Source: Octopus bimaculoides
Lineage: Eukaryota
DNA length: 64,000 bases
NCBI RefSeq assembly: GCF_001194135.2
Contig: NC_068981.1
Coordinates: 33,368,774-33,432,773 of the forward strand
Direction of reading: 5' to 3'
Position 1 is the first letter of the stretch, and each line of letters begins with the position of its first letter. The position numbers were made by a program, and so were the translations under genes. The notes under the pieces are model-generated. The model saw nothing but the letters and a program-made list of their open reading frames with translations, searched no databases and was not told where the DNA came from. Of the stretch, positions 26,201 to 39,806 are shown piece after piece.

Positions 26201-26826
26201 TATATATACATATATATGTGTGTGTATGTGATTGTATATTATATCACTGTGAAGGCACATGGTTTAGTGGTTAATTGTTGCACTAATGATTGTGAGATTA
26301 TGGTTTCAATTCCCGCACCAGGCATTGCACTGTGTTCTTGAGCAAAACACTTCATCTCTGTGATCATTTCGTCATCTGACATGTGGTACATCATGTACCT
26401 GTACAGTTAATGTTGCTTTGATGGAGGGAGTGAGCTTATGTATACACAAACATTTGATCACACAAAACAAATTATCTGTGTGGTTGCTCAGCAAGAATTT
26501 GCATAGCACTCACACATCATCTAACAACAAACAAGGACAGACAAAGGGATTAAGTCGATTACATCGACCCCAGTGCGTAACTGGTACTTCACTCGGCATG
26601 CTAATGGTTCTGTCAGCTTGTCACCTTAGGCAGGCCAATATTCCCACTGAACAGAATGCCAGTGTGTCACTGGGTTACCAATTTACATTTGAGTGAACTG
26701 GAACAACATGAAATGAAGTGTTTTGCTCCAGAACACAATGTACTGCTGATCTGAGAAATAAAAACTACAATTTAGCAATCTGGCAACTGTGAGTGTAACA
26801 CCCTACATACTAGGTTATGTGCCTTC

Positions 26827-26872
<46 letters not shown>

Positions 26873-27889
26873 CACACATATATACACACACATACATATA
26901 TCATAGAACATTTTTTCCCATGAAATTTTCTCTCTTCAGCCAGTTAGAAACTACAGCCTGTTCTTATTTAAATCTCACCCACCATCTTAAAATGCATAGA
27001 TTTACAGAAAGAAATATTTAATAATGTAGTCTCAGATGCACTATGCCTGAAAAGAGATGAGCTGGTCTCAACTGGATCCCCTTTCATCGTGGATTTACAC
27101 AATCAGAGATGATGTAGAATTAAAAAACAGAATCAAAATATGTGCTCATAGATACATAAACATTATTCATTATTACACATCTTTTATGAATAAACACTAT
27201 TTAAAAAAATCATTTTACTGTTAGAAAAGATTATTAACATTACATATATACATATAAAACTGTTTGAATTCCCTGACAAGTATTACACACACATACACAC
27301 ACATTTCTATATGTACACTACAAGTATTATTTGTCAGGTACATGTACATATAAATGTATAACTTTGTATGTTTGTATACATATGTATATGTGTGCTTGCA
27401 TATTTACATACCTACAGGAATCCAATATTTTGTTACCTAACAGACAGATAGAATCTGAGGTATAGACAAATGGCTTTTGAACCCAGCTGAGGTTATGCAT
27501 GTGAGTGCTATACCTTAAGCTAAAACTGACAATGAATGTAGTAAGGAATTTAGAATATATAGGATATACCAATACTCTGTGTTCAGCGTTGTTTCATTGT
27601 AGTGCTTGAAGCACTTACAGAGTTTTAGGCTGAATGCTATTGACAATTTCTATATATTGACATCACATCACATTTGTTAAAGAACTACAGAAAAGATTGC
27701 AAACCTAGAAGAATTGTCTGAAAAAATAAGACAATCACAGTCAGCATGACAAAAACCAAATTAGTGATTAATAACTGTGAACCAATTCCAATGAGCTTGC
27801 TCAATATGTAAAAAGGAGATTGATTGAAGCTCAGTACTGAGAAGTAAGTGGAAGTATGGGTGCATAAAAATTACAGAACAAGGACAGTT

Positions 27890-28529
27890 ATAGACGAGGA
27901 CAGATGTGAAAAGTGTCAATCTCTAACTGTGGAGGGAACCTGTAGTAGAGGTAGACTCAGGAAGACTTGGGACAAGGTGGTGAAGCATGATCCTTGAACT
28001 TTAGTCCTCACAGAGGAAATGACTAGTGATCAAGACCTTTGATGATATTCTGTTTCGAGAAGACTTGTCAAGTCAAGTGAAATTGTAGTTACAGCTGTTG
28101 CTGGTGTCACATAACTGGCACATAAAAAAGCACCTTTCAAGCATTGGACCTCATGGAGGCAAAGTCTCCGATGCCAGTGGCATGTGAAAAGCTGCTTTCG
28201 AGTGTTGGGCCTCATGGAGGCAATGACGAATAACTGAGACCTTTGGCATTATGTTGTGCTTGAGAAGAAGACCCATCAGGCCAAGTAAAATCACAGTCCC
28301 GGCAGATACTGGTATCATGTAAATGGCACCCATGCCGGTGGCACATAAAAGCACCCATTACACTCTCAAGAGTGATTGGTGTTAGAAAGGGCATCCAGCC
28401 ATAGAAATCATGCCAAATCAGACCAGAGTCTGGTGCAGCCTGCCAGCTTGTCAGCCCTGGTCAAACCGTCCAACCCATGCCAGTATGGACAACGGACATT
28501 AAATGATGATGATGGTGATGATGATGATG
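27890..28529 (+). mobile_element. 5'-truncated RTE LINE: ORF2 C-terminus plus 3' UTR and (GAT)n
   Basis: IDEDRCEKCQSLTVEGTCSRGRLRKTWDKVVKHDP* (GRGRPRKTW motif) runs directly into the shared tail. Confidence 0.88.
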
Positions 28530-30256
28530 GATCTCAAGGAAACATATAGAACCCTAAGACTTTGGATGTTCCAGATGTAAAGGTGTAGTAACCAATCCAG
28601 AAAGTTAACAATATGGAATGTTTAAACAACAATCTCAGTGATATAAGTATTAATGGAGATATTCAAAGTAAAGGATAAAAGAGATGTAGAAGAAATTCAT
28701 TGAGTTGTTACCTTTGCATGTAACAAAAGGATTCATCCAATGTCCAAAAGCAGACTTTATAAAGTATGTGTACAAAACACACTGCTAATGAGTGCTGGCA
28801 TAGCTGAGTAGTTAAGAAGCTCACTTTGCAATCAAGAGGTCTTGGTTCAATCCCACTGCATGACATCTCGGGCAAGTGTCTTTTAACATAATTTTGGATT
28901 ACACAAGCCTTGTGAATGAAACTGAGCAAGACCAGAATTATTAGGCATCATGTCATACTGGTTCTGCCTGAGGATTACATACAAGTACACATGATAAAAT
29001 ACTCAGTTACATGATACAATGAATAGCTGATCAAATGACTGGAATAGTCATCATCAAAAGTGATTAAGGATCCATTAACTATCCTTTTTACTACATGGCA
29101 ATGGAACAGCAATGATAAATATGATTGATTTTGGAGAATATAATCCACTAGACATACAATATGGAGTGCAAATAAGATCAAAAGGCAGTTTACTATTAGC
29201 ACCTGTGTCTAGGAAAGATATCTATGTTATTACCATACTGTACTCAGAGAGGTTAGACTAATAAATGTTAAAAGTATAATGATCACATGCACACAAACAC
29301 ACCTGAGCAGTAGAAAGAAAATCATTAGTTTCTATAAATAGATAATTAAAATATCATTCAATAAAAGAAAAGAGAATGTGTCTCTTTGAATCATCAATTA
29401 TTATTTAAATAAAATATGAATTAAACACTGTGGAAATTAAAAAAAAAAAAAAGGTATAATGTCAAATGCAATAAATATTAAAATAAAAATAACAGTACCA
29501 CAAGAATAAATACCAATGCATTTTAGGTTAGGATATAACAATTCCTTTTACAGATTTTTAAATAGGATTTGTTTCCTTCTTCTTATACAACTTCAGCTGA
29601 AAACAGATTCTCATGGCAGAAGAATTAAATACAAACTGTTTCTATCTGCAAATGGTTACAACATAGCTTCATATTTTTTTTGGTTAGCACCAATATTAGC
29701 ACTGAAGGAATAAATTGAATTCATTCAAAGTAAAAGTAGATTAATCCACTCAAAATCTATAAGATTTGATCGTTTAAAACGTTAACAAGTTGATATAGTT
29801 TTACAATAAAAAAAATTTTTTAGCTGATATAAAAGAAAAGCTTATTTCTTGTGACCTGAGAAAAGGGCATGCATAAATTATTTGGTTAATTTGCTATCCA
29901 ACAAAGAGTGTATTTGGCAAATATCAAAGTAACACAAAAAGCAAAGGGTTAAGGATACAATAGGGGAAAAAATGAAGGGGGAAGGAATGTTGTAAGCGAG
30001 ATTCAGATTTAGTATTTCAAAATTATAGAAAAAAATTAAAACATTTTCACTTCTAAAATAGATAAATATAATCCACACATATGCACACACGCTCATAACA
30101 TACATCACTCACACAAACACTTATAAAAATACACAAGGCCATTGTAATTAGATTGCACTAACAGTTTGAACATCATTGGAGGTGGGAGAGTGAAATGGTT
30201 AGATAAGGTAAAAAAATGAACAACTATGGGATAGATGGGCTGTGCATGTGGCTTAC

Positions 30257-30302
30257 CAATCCAAAATCTGGAAGATCCATCATTGCAAGTAAGACTTTCA
30301 AG
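30257..30302 (-). CDS. Candidate 46-bp exon (LESLTCNDGSSRFWI or LKVLLAMMDLPDFGL), unassigned
   Basis: atgtcttcttgtag acceptor, gtaagc donor, two open frames. Confidence 0.25.
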
Positions 30303-31219
30303 CTACAAGAAGACATTGATAAATTCACAAATCATCTAGATTATCAGCAAAAGATAAAACAATTTCTTTTTATCACTATAAAACATGATACTATGATAAA
30401 TATATTACATAAATTTCTTATGTCTACATGTTTGTTTTTTTCATAAAAGGTTTAAATTTATAGAGTAAGATTATAACACGTATTTATCTTAATATATTAC
30501 TGGTATTTACATTGAATCTTAATGAAATGAAAGGCAGAGTTAACGTTTTCACCTCCACCCAACATGAAATTTGAAACTCAGAATTTAGCGATGTTACCAA
30601 CTTTGCCAATAAGGGAGACTCAATGTGACTACTTGACCTGCTGGAAATAACAACACTACTGTATAAAAATAAAGAAGAAGAATACATAGGACTATATACA
30701 AAAAAGACAAAAATGGTCATGGCTGGAATCCCTTTCATCATTGGTGGAATTCAGTAGCAAAGTTGTTACTAAATGTATTTTGTACACTTGTCCATCTTTA
30801 AAGAGAAAGTATATAAAGACTAAATATATGGTCGCAGAAAAGAGAATGAGAAAATGGAGCAGTAAAAGGGTAATAAAAAGTTATAAATGTGGGGAAATGG
30901 AGGGAAAAGGACTGAATGAGTAGTGTAAGAGATGGTGAGAGTTTATATTTCAGCAAAGATGAGGGTAAAAAATGTGGGGCTAAGTAGGAACAGGGTGAAA
31001 AAAATGAAAACAGATGAATTTGGTAGGGATTAATTTTTGCTGAAGCAGACCACCAATCGTCTCCTTGATCTCTGGGCTATACCTTATTAGCACGTTTACT
31101 GCAGAAATCAGATATGTCTATTCAAAATTTCATTACTATTAACTGCAGAAAGCAGTTTTATACACCAATTTATCTTTTGTTGAGGAATGTCATGTTTGAA
31201 ACTGTTCTATTGTGTTGGT

Positions 31220-31600
31220 TTCACATAAAAAGCACCCGTGCTAGTGCCTTGTAAAAAAGCACCCAGTACACTTTGTAACATGCTTGCTGTTAGGAAGGAC
31301 ATCAAGATGTACAAACTAGGCCAAAACAGACAATTGTAGCCTGGTGCAGCTCTCCAGCTGGCCAGTGCCTGTCAGACCGTCCAACCCATACCAGCATGGA
31401 AAAACGATGTTAAATGATGATGATGTGTCAAGCTAATTGCGGTCACATAACTTGCAGAAAAAACAAATTCTACTTTTTGGTAGATACTTAACATCATCAG
31501 CATTTAACATATGTTTTCCATGCTGTCATGGGTTGGATGGTTTGACAAGAGCTGGCAGAACTAGAGGACTGTGCCAAGTTCTATTGTCTGCTTTGATTTT
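31220..31600. mobile_element. Two convergent RTE-LINE tails (31220-31424 plus, 31494-31600 minus)
   Basis: Both show the ccat(a/g)c..gcatgg hairpin and atgttaaatgatgatg end, in opposite orientations about 70 bp apart. Confidence 0.75.
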
Positions 31601-32073
31601 GTGTTTTTCTTAATAGCTTAATCAGGAGGAAAAGAAGTGCCCACAACTCTTTACAGGACTTACATGATGGATATGAAATGTTATCATACAGCCATTTTGG
31701 CATCACCTATTTGGCATTGCTGATCCAATGCTGACTTATTCAACATCAGATGGTTTAATGGTTTATTCACTTTAACACATTAACCACCATGCGTACCATC
31801 AGTGGTTAATCGCAAACTTCACACAACTGCCATATGCACCACTGGTGGTACATTTTCGTAATTTGAGAAAATATTATATTTTGTATCTTTGTCATGGTTT
31901 TGAGGATATTTAAATAACATTAGTGTTAAATATTAAAGTTTAATTATGAAATATTGTAAAACTGCAAAAAAATTACATTTCCTTGTAATTAAACAATGTA
32001 GCACGACTGGAAATCTGTGGCTTCACTGGTAAGTTCCAAGAACAGGCCATGGTGGTTAACATGTTAATGTTTT

Positions 32074-32132
<59 letters not shown>

Positions 32133-35100
32133 CACACATACACACACACACTCTCTCTCTCTCTCACTCTCTCTCACTCTCTCTCTTTCTTTCTCTCTTT
32201 TACTCCACATGTTTATATTTCTGACCATGTGCACATGAGTTCATGCATGTGTGAGTGCTTGTGTCAAGCACCAAAAAGTACAATCATTAAAACAGCCTGA
32301 ATGTTCAGTCAACTGTGACAAATCATCTGCATCCAAACAGCCATATCCAATCATCTCATTCCATTACAAGACTGGTGAATGAGAGGGAAAGAGGAAGAGA
32401 AAAAAGGCGGCTCAAACTAGCAACATGGCGTGAATATTTGCAATAGAGAGGATTCCGTTAAAAGCATCAAAGGTGCCACAGTGAGATTTGAACTCAGAAT
32501 GCAAGGAGCTGAAATAAATACTGCAAAGCAAGTACCCTATCCAGCCCTAATCATTCTGTCAGTTCACAGCCCCAAACTATAACTTCATTTATCAACCCAG
32601 GAAGGTAATATTGAAATTAGCAGAATTTGAACTCAGAAAGCAAGAGACCAGAATAAATACTGTAAGACATTTTGTTGAAGTACTTAACTGGATATGACAT
32701 ATAATGAGTTGACCTGGGGTTAAACAACAAGATTGTATTAAATTATGTCAACAAATGAAGTTAATAAATGATGAATAAGTATATATTTGCACGTAACTTA
32801 GTCTCCAATCTTTCCTTGTACTCTCTTCGCCAATTATGCCAGTTTCAAGTATTGATCAATAATTAGGAAAAGATCACACACACATACACACACACTGATT
32901 TTCTTTGATGCTCTAACCCCAAACTATCTTCATTTCATGCAACAACAATTTACAAGATGTGTGAAAATGTTTCATTTCCAACTACCTCAGTTTACTTCCA
33001 TTGATTTCTCCCATAGACATAAAGGATTCAGATTTATAAAGTGGAAGGAAAGGTATTTTGTAACATTGATACCTCCCCCACCTTTTTTTAAGTGCTTTAA
33101 GGATGTTTCCGAAATGAAATAGCAGCAACTAGAAATTTATACCAGGTCACAAACAAGACTAACCATCAGCTTAGCTCTAACACTGTAATTCATTATAGCT
33201 AATGTTAATAAGGCACTCTAACTAGACCTTCCAGAAACAGTAGTTAAATATCCCTTAAATGATGCATTACAGCCATAAAAAAAGGAAGGATAAGCTGAAT
33301 AACAGATGAGTCAGTCACAGTTGGAATGCTTTTGATCATAGTTTTGCTTACTCAGAGTTCATATGGTGTTAAAGAACAACTTAATTTAGCAATATTGGTT
33401 TCAAATGTTAAATACATTGGTTTCACAAGACCATTAATTTTGCAAGAGTGGGTAAGTCAATTACACCAACCCCAGAGCTCAACTGATACCTATTTTGAAG
33501 AAATGCTACTAAGTATTTTGTCAGGCATGGTAACAATTCTGCCTTACTCAGTTTAGATATATTGGTTTCAAATTTTGGTACAAAGCCAGGAATTTCGTGA
33601 GAGTTGAGCACTGGGGGATGACATCGATCCCAGTGCTCAACTGGAACTTATTTTATTGACTGTGAATGGATGAAAAGCAAAGTCAACTGGCAGCATTTGA
33701 ACACAGAATGTAAAGTTGGAAGAAATGTTGTCAAGTAGTTTGTCTGACATGGTAATGATTCTGTCAGCTCGCCGCCTTACTCAATTTAGATATATTGATA
33801 ATATGGAGAACTTATAAAAGAATAATACGATGTAATATGCTACAAACAGTCATAAAAATAAATGAAACAAAAGACTCAATTTTAAAAAATTACAAACAAA
33901 CAAAGCACCATCATTTTTCAAACAAATTGCCAGCTATGAAATATAACAATGCAAAAATATGTTAATAGAAATCAATTTTTTTTTTAATGTTAACTTATAT
34001 AATGTGTTTCAATTGTTTAATTCACCATATTTTAATAAGAAATAAACACAAGAATGTCTTCCAATAAAGCTACATATTATATGATACAACATCATACATA
34101 GGAATGTAGAACAGCTAATATCTTTTGATTTACAGTATGCAAAAAATAAATAAATAACCTGGTTAAATTTAGTTACTCAATGAAAAATAGAGAACAACAA
34201 CAAAAATCTAATTAGTACTCAATTATAATAAATAACAATGGTGTTTTATCATGTTCAAAATGTGAAAAATAAATGGTATATAAATTATATAAAAAAAAAA
34301 ACAGAAATATTAGAAAACCATTGAATTGTCCTAAAAAATATCAGTGAAGTGTTTATTGCTGTATAATCATTTAGATGCTTTATTGGTGAACCCAACATCA
34401 ACTGTTTCATAAAAATGATGGTTGATGATCATAATAATAATGATGATGATGATGATGATTTGCTTAATATCTCAACTGTGGTATTTAAAAATAACACTTT
34501 AAATTAATGATTTATAACATATATATGGAAAACAAACTAAGTTTCAAATAAAATACTTATCAAAAGAATTTTTGAAGCAGAATGGTCTGTTTTATTGTTT
34601 TTGATGGTTTAGTCAGAGGAAGAAGAGCAGCCTTTGTGATCTAAGGCTCCTGAGATTGTTATGAAGAAAGTAGAAAGTTATCATCAGAGAAATTACCAGG
34701 CTTACCTGCTCTTAACATAGTGGACTCTTCTAAAAGGCACTCAAGAGCAGGCTAGGTGGTGCTGTCTAATCAGGTGCTGAATTAAATCTACCATCTCAGA
34801 ACTCATACAGTCCATCTGATGGGTTTTTGTAGTTTCCTTCCCTATAACCATGAATTCATCCTAATTATAGTTGTTTAATAGCCACCTCTGATTGAACAAA
34901 TTTCTGGTCAAATGCCTTCCAGCCATGACCACCCTATCTCTTTAGATAATGTATTTGGAACTACACCACAAGATCCAATCCTTGTTACAGTGTGGTGACT
35001 TGTGTGCCTTAGTGACTCTGACAGCTAATCCAGTAGATCACATGCTCCTGGTAGCACCTTCCTTGCTGGACAGGTCAAAGGATAGAGGCCAGATTAATAT

Positions 35101-35199
35101 AGACCACAAATGTAAAAGTGGGTTTTTCACTCCTACCTAGTAAAAAAAAAAAGCAAAGTTACAGAAGCACTGATGACAATTCAAAACTAATAAGATCTG

Positions 35200-35368
35200 G
35201 GTGAAGAAGACTTTTCCTCGGGGAAACATAAGATGTGGTGCAGACAAATACAAAAAGAAGCAGAAGTCCAACTGGAGAGAAGCAGAAAAGGCAGCCTAAT
35301 GCCAAGAACAGTGGAGAAAAGTCATTGATGGCCTATACTGCACAAGGAGTGAAGGGCTTAAGTAGATA
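35200..35368 (+). mobile_element. 3' end of a different (BovB-like) RTE LINE
   Basis: QWRKVIDGLYCTRSEGLK* followed by tagatagg resembles RTE-BovB C-termini. Confidence 0.5.
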
Positions 35369-35945
35369 GGGAGATATGTAGCTCCATTTTCCAATATGTT
35401 CTATTCATAATAAGCTAGGGTGTGATTTGAGGGAGATTTAGTAGCTATTCCTAGCAAGCCAACAACCAGGTCAAGACTCCTGCATTAACTTGTAATATGA
35501 TGTATTTAAATTAGTGCTCTATTGTTTCTATTAGTACACCACCCCACCATTACATACCCACGTCAATAAGGGTGCCTCTCAATGATCATCATTCGATTGC
35601 TACCAATAGTACCCAAATCACCCTATCATCTTAAAATCTTGGACAATGTAATCCTACACACCTCTAGAAAATGAAAGGTTCATAGCTGGAATACTTTTCA
35701 CATCAGAACTGCTCATTTGAAAATAATGATTTCTTACAAAAATACAAGACCAAATTATACAGTATATTCAACAGTGCCAAATCCTAGCAGTTCTTGGTAC
35801 TTATTGAACCATCTATTAACAGGGCCAACAAGAGAACCCCTATAGGGTCACTTGGCCTGAAAGATATAGCAATTAAACTTCCCTCAATCATACAAAGCCA
35901 TCTTAAATAAGGAATGCATACCTTATACAATGCAGTCCTACATAC

Positions 35946-36013
35946 TCCATAAAAATATGGGTTGTCACAAAATGATTGCCTTTGATAATATGTCTGCTGG
36001 ACATAAACATGAC
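35946..36013 (-). CDS. Candidate 68-bp exon (HVYVQQTYYQRQSFCDNPYFYG), unassigned
   Basis: tgttgtctagctctag acceptor, gtatgt donor; a second frame is also open. Confidence 0.25.
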
Positions 36014-37452
36014 CTAGAGCTAGACAACAACACAACTCCTAAGGAAATTGAAAGATTAAGTCAACTCCAACAGGATTTAAATTCAGAAAGTAGAATAGAT
36101 CCCAAATTAAATTTTGTAAGACACTTAATGAAACACTCTTATCTTTTCTATTGAGTTTATATTCCAAAATAATAAACTGTAAATAAATACACTTTTAAGA
36201 AAAGCAGTGAGTAAGTACTTACAATACTTGACAACTGAATACTTTAAATTTATTCAAGGTAACAGCTTATAACAGACGATGAAGTCTGTCTCGTGCCTTG
36301 GTTAGTCTCCTATTTGACAGTTACATTGTACTGGTATAGTTTGATGTTTGAATATCTGTTCTTGCTACAGGTCCCACTATAGACTATAAGTTAGGATTTG
36401 TCAAGATCAAAGTTTATGATTTATATTATAACTCAATGTTTAAAGTCTTTTACCAACAACAGCATGCCTCTTCAAGTCACAGCAGCAGTACCTGAAGCTG
36501 GTTTCTCTCAATAATTTCACAATAAAATTTCACTGATATTTCAAAGCCTGTTATGAATTAAGGCTATCAATCAAACAATTTTATGTCCTTCTTAAGCATT
36601 CTTATTGGAAACACAAGCTGTCAGAGAATTGAAGAAGACTGCTGTAGCTGAAGTTTGTGTTGGTTAAGCTTTTAAAATTAAGAAGATTGGTCACTAAAAA
36701 AATAACTGCCATGTTGCATATAGTTAAGTCAACAGAGTGTCAAACCATTTGACCAAAGTCTTTGGTGGTTTATATCCCATCTGCAGTATATGCATGGTGA
36801 AAGTACTTTGGATTAAAATGGTAGTACCCAAATCACCCCATCATTGAATTAAAATGATAGTACACAAATCACCCTACCAAATAGATGCCTTAAGGAGAGT
36901 AAAAACCTGCTCTAGCCAGTTGTAGGAACATTGAACTATTGAGAAGTATTCCATTTCAAGTGTTAAATTCAAAGCCATAAATGTAGATTAACAAGTGATA
37001 AGCTTCAACAAATTGAATCACTTTAAATTAATTACCATAGAGATACAGTCTTCAGTAGTGACCTAATGGGTTCAGCAATTCTTAAACATAACCAATAACA
37101 ATATAAATTATCTATATGGTTATTCTGCCTGTTATCCACCAAATATCTCTCAAATCACACCCAATTGTGTTAAAATAATAATAAATAATGTAGTTGTAGA
37201 TGCACTATGTCTGGAAATAAGATGAGGTAGTCATGGTCAAAACGTCTCTGATCATGGTTCAACTCAATCAGGACCAACCTGGGGTTAAATGACAACCAAG
37301 GCATAAATTACACTGTGAAGTGATGTAAGTCCAACACCCATGAGTGAAATACTGCCTCTCACATCTAGAACGGTGCTACTGCTTATGTAGACAAACATCT
37401 GAGGCTACATCCAAAAGTTGACCTTCTGACTGATTGACAAAGACTCACTCAC

Positions 37453-37497
37453 TACAACTCTGGCCCACAGACACAAAACTGGCATTCTCTAGCAGCC
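37453..37497 (-). CDS. Candidate 45-bp exon (LLENASFVSVGQSC), unassigned
   Basis: cataattttctggcag acceptor, gtgagt donor (tandem alternative donor 4 nt away), phase 1-1. Confidence 0.27.
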
Positions 37498-37536
37498 CTG
37501 CCAGAAAATTATGAGAATGGGTAAAGATTTTATATA

Positions 37537-37727
37537 CCATATTTGGTGACATAAAAGACGCAGACAGGTATATCAGATGTACCCTAATTTCAGCACTGTA
37601 TATTCAGGAGAAAAGGGTTTTAGTACATTTAAAGTACATGGGAACCCAACTTCACAAATATGATCTGGGGTGATTTCTTTTGAGACATTTTTTGGAAAAA
37701 AGTGGTCTAATATGCCATCAAATATGG
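37537..37727. mobile_element. pogo/Tigger-like MITE
   Basis: TA-ccatatttggtgacataaaagac ... gtctaatatgccatcaaatatgg-TA: imperfect TIRs, TA flanks. Confidence 0.72.
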
Positions 37728-38070
37728 TAATTAATAATATGAGTTTTTATAAATAGAATTCAGTCTTTTCTCGGTGTCATTGTAAATAAATAAATACATA
37801 AATAAATAAGTAAATAAATAAAAAGAATGAGACATGAAAGCTAGCAATACCTGTTACAAGAACTATAAGTTACACAATGGCAGTTTCTTGTTTCAGTGTT
37901 ATGTCACAAAATGTAAAATGATATCTTCAAGACTCAGATTCTAAGCACATCGACTACTCATGGCAATTATATCTAAATTGTCCATTGTATACTATAGAAT
38001 TCCACAGCTAAGCCTTGTTCAATGGCATCTTGGAAAACTGCATTCACAACCCACATTTACAGTAATTTAA

Positions 38071-38285
38071 CCCTTTAGCATTCAGATTATTCTATAAAAT
38101 GTAATGTTTATTTATTTATTCAAATTGCTCTGAATTAATCATGCATTGTCTTGTAGCTTAACGATTTCAATGATGTGAATGCTTATCTTTAGAATGACAT
38201 TGTAGGCTAGGTGTGAGAGGCTGAATCTGGCTGGTTAGGGCATAAAACAAGTAGAATATCTGGGATGGATATGTCCACTTTAAAC
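38071..38285 (+). mobile_element. One-ended piggyBac-like MITE
   Basis: TTAA-ccctttagcattcag left end; right end not recognisable. Confidence 0.45.
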
Positions 38286-39525
38286 ATTTCAGCAATGTAA
38301 AGAATGCATTCTTTTGGGATGCAAATGATTGAGTAATTTTGTTAATCAAAAACAACTGAGCCTACTTGGTAGGAAAGAAAAACAATGGAATGCAGAGAAC
38401 TGAACAGATGATAACTAAAATAAAGAGATAGGAAACAATTGCAAATTCAAGGAAGGTACTATTTATGGTAATTATTCAATGACACCTATCAAAAGCAAAA
38501 CTGATGTGTAACAGATATTTCACAGAGACAAATTAGTGGAGTCAGCCATAGGAATACTTCAGCATAAACATGGTGTCTGCAAAAATAAAATCCTAAATGC
38601 AGAATTAATGGGATGTGTGTGGGTTCACATTAGGATTACATTTTATGAACCCAGCCAAGGCTGTTAGGAGCTCAGACAGTGTTCGTTAGAAACTTTTATT
38701 TTGCTTTTACAATGGCCTGTAATGCAATGAGCTTTGCAAAGGAATATAGGACGATGTTTGAAGAAATAAAGTTTGAATTTCTGAATAAATGATCAGTTAT
38801 CCACTAGTTTCATCTCAAAAATCAACAAAGCTAGAATTGGAGAAAAACAATGATGGTTTACATCAGCAAAAAAGAAATAAAATTAATTTCTTGAAAGGAA
38901 GGTGCTGCCTAACATGTGAGAAGTAACCTGCCCTTCATGACACACAAATGTTACTGAATACATACTTGTGAGAAAGATGGGGGAGGNNNNNNNNNNNNNN
39001 NNNNNNNNNNNNNNNNNNNNNNNNNNNNNNNNNNNNNNNNNNNNNNNNNNNNNNNNNNNNNNNNNNNNNNNNNNNNNNNNNNNNNNNNNNNNNNNNNNNN
39101 NNNNNNNNNNNNNNNNNNNNNNNNNNNNNNNNNNNNNNNNNNNNNNNNNNNNNNNNNNNNNNNNNNNNNNNNNNNNNNNNNNNNNNNNNNNNNNNNNNNN
39201 NNNNNNNNNNNNNNNNNNNNNNNNNNNNNNNNNNNNNNNNNNNNNNNNNNNNNNNNNNNNNNNNNNNNNNNNNNCATTATTAATTAACAACAACACAAAA
39301 GAATAGTAGCTCTATATATGGATCCCAACAGGTCTGTACTGAAAAGAAATGAAAAAAAAATTCCAGTTATTTAAACAGTTAAAAGATAGTTAATATCTCA
39401 AAAGATTGTAACGAATATCTTTAAAGATTGTTGATATCTTAAAAAGTTGATGTGATAATAATTTCTTACACTGACTAAATATGAAGCAGAGAGAAATATA
39501 GCCAATTAAATCAGTTCCTATATAT

Positions 39526-39806
39526 CAGTGGTTCCTCAAGTGAGTGGCATTGCCCCCTCCCCCGGGGGGAAGTGGAAAGTTCCAAAGGGGCATTGAAGAA
39601 AAGTGGGGTGATAATGGGGTAGCGATTCATGTAAAAACAACAAAATAATGGGTTCATTAGATTTAAGTTTTATTTGTGAAATGCAGTTGCTTTGAAGTTG
39701 TTTCAGAAAGAGGTCCATGTTTGTGATGGTTAGTTGAGGTGGGGGTGCTAGGAATGTGGCCTGGGTGTCAAGGGGGCGGCAGACTGAAAATGTTTGGGAA
39801 CCACTG
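39526..39806. mobile_element. hAT-family MITE
   Basis: TIRs cagtggttcc / ggaaccactg; 8-bp TSD ctatatat (39518-25) versus ctatatac (39807-14). Confidence 0.9.

Larger units (their letters stand above)
4665..39274. other. Assembly gaps: 4665-4712, 11015-11024, 11641-11980, 18564-18598, 38987-~39274
   Basis: N runs; several are flanked by microsatellites. Confidence 0.97.

Noticed and set aside
30216-30446. Plus ORF with YGIDG and LQEDIDK, reminiscent of a CR1/L2 RT
   Set aside because: Only two short motifs, far too close together; cannot support an RT call.
36371-36495. Plus-strand terminal-exon candidate GPTIDYKLGFVKIKVYDLYY...
   Set aside because: Good acceptor but no linked upstream exon or homology; conflicts with the minus-strand interpretation.
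36812-36874. Imperfect 36-bp tandem duplication
   Set aside because: Ordinary slippage duplication within an old repeat remnant.
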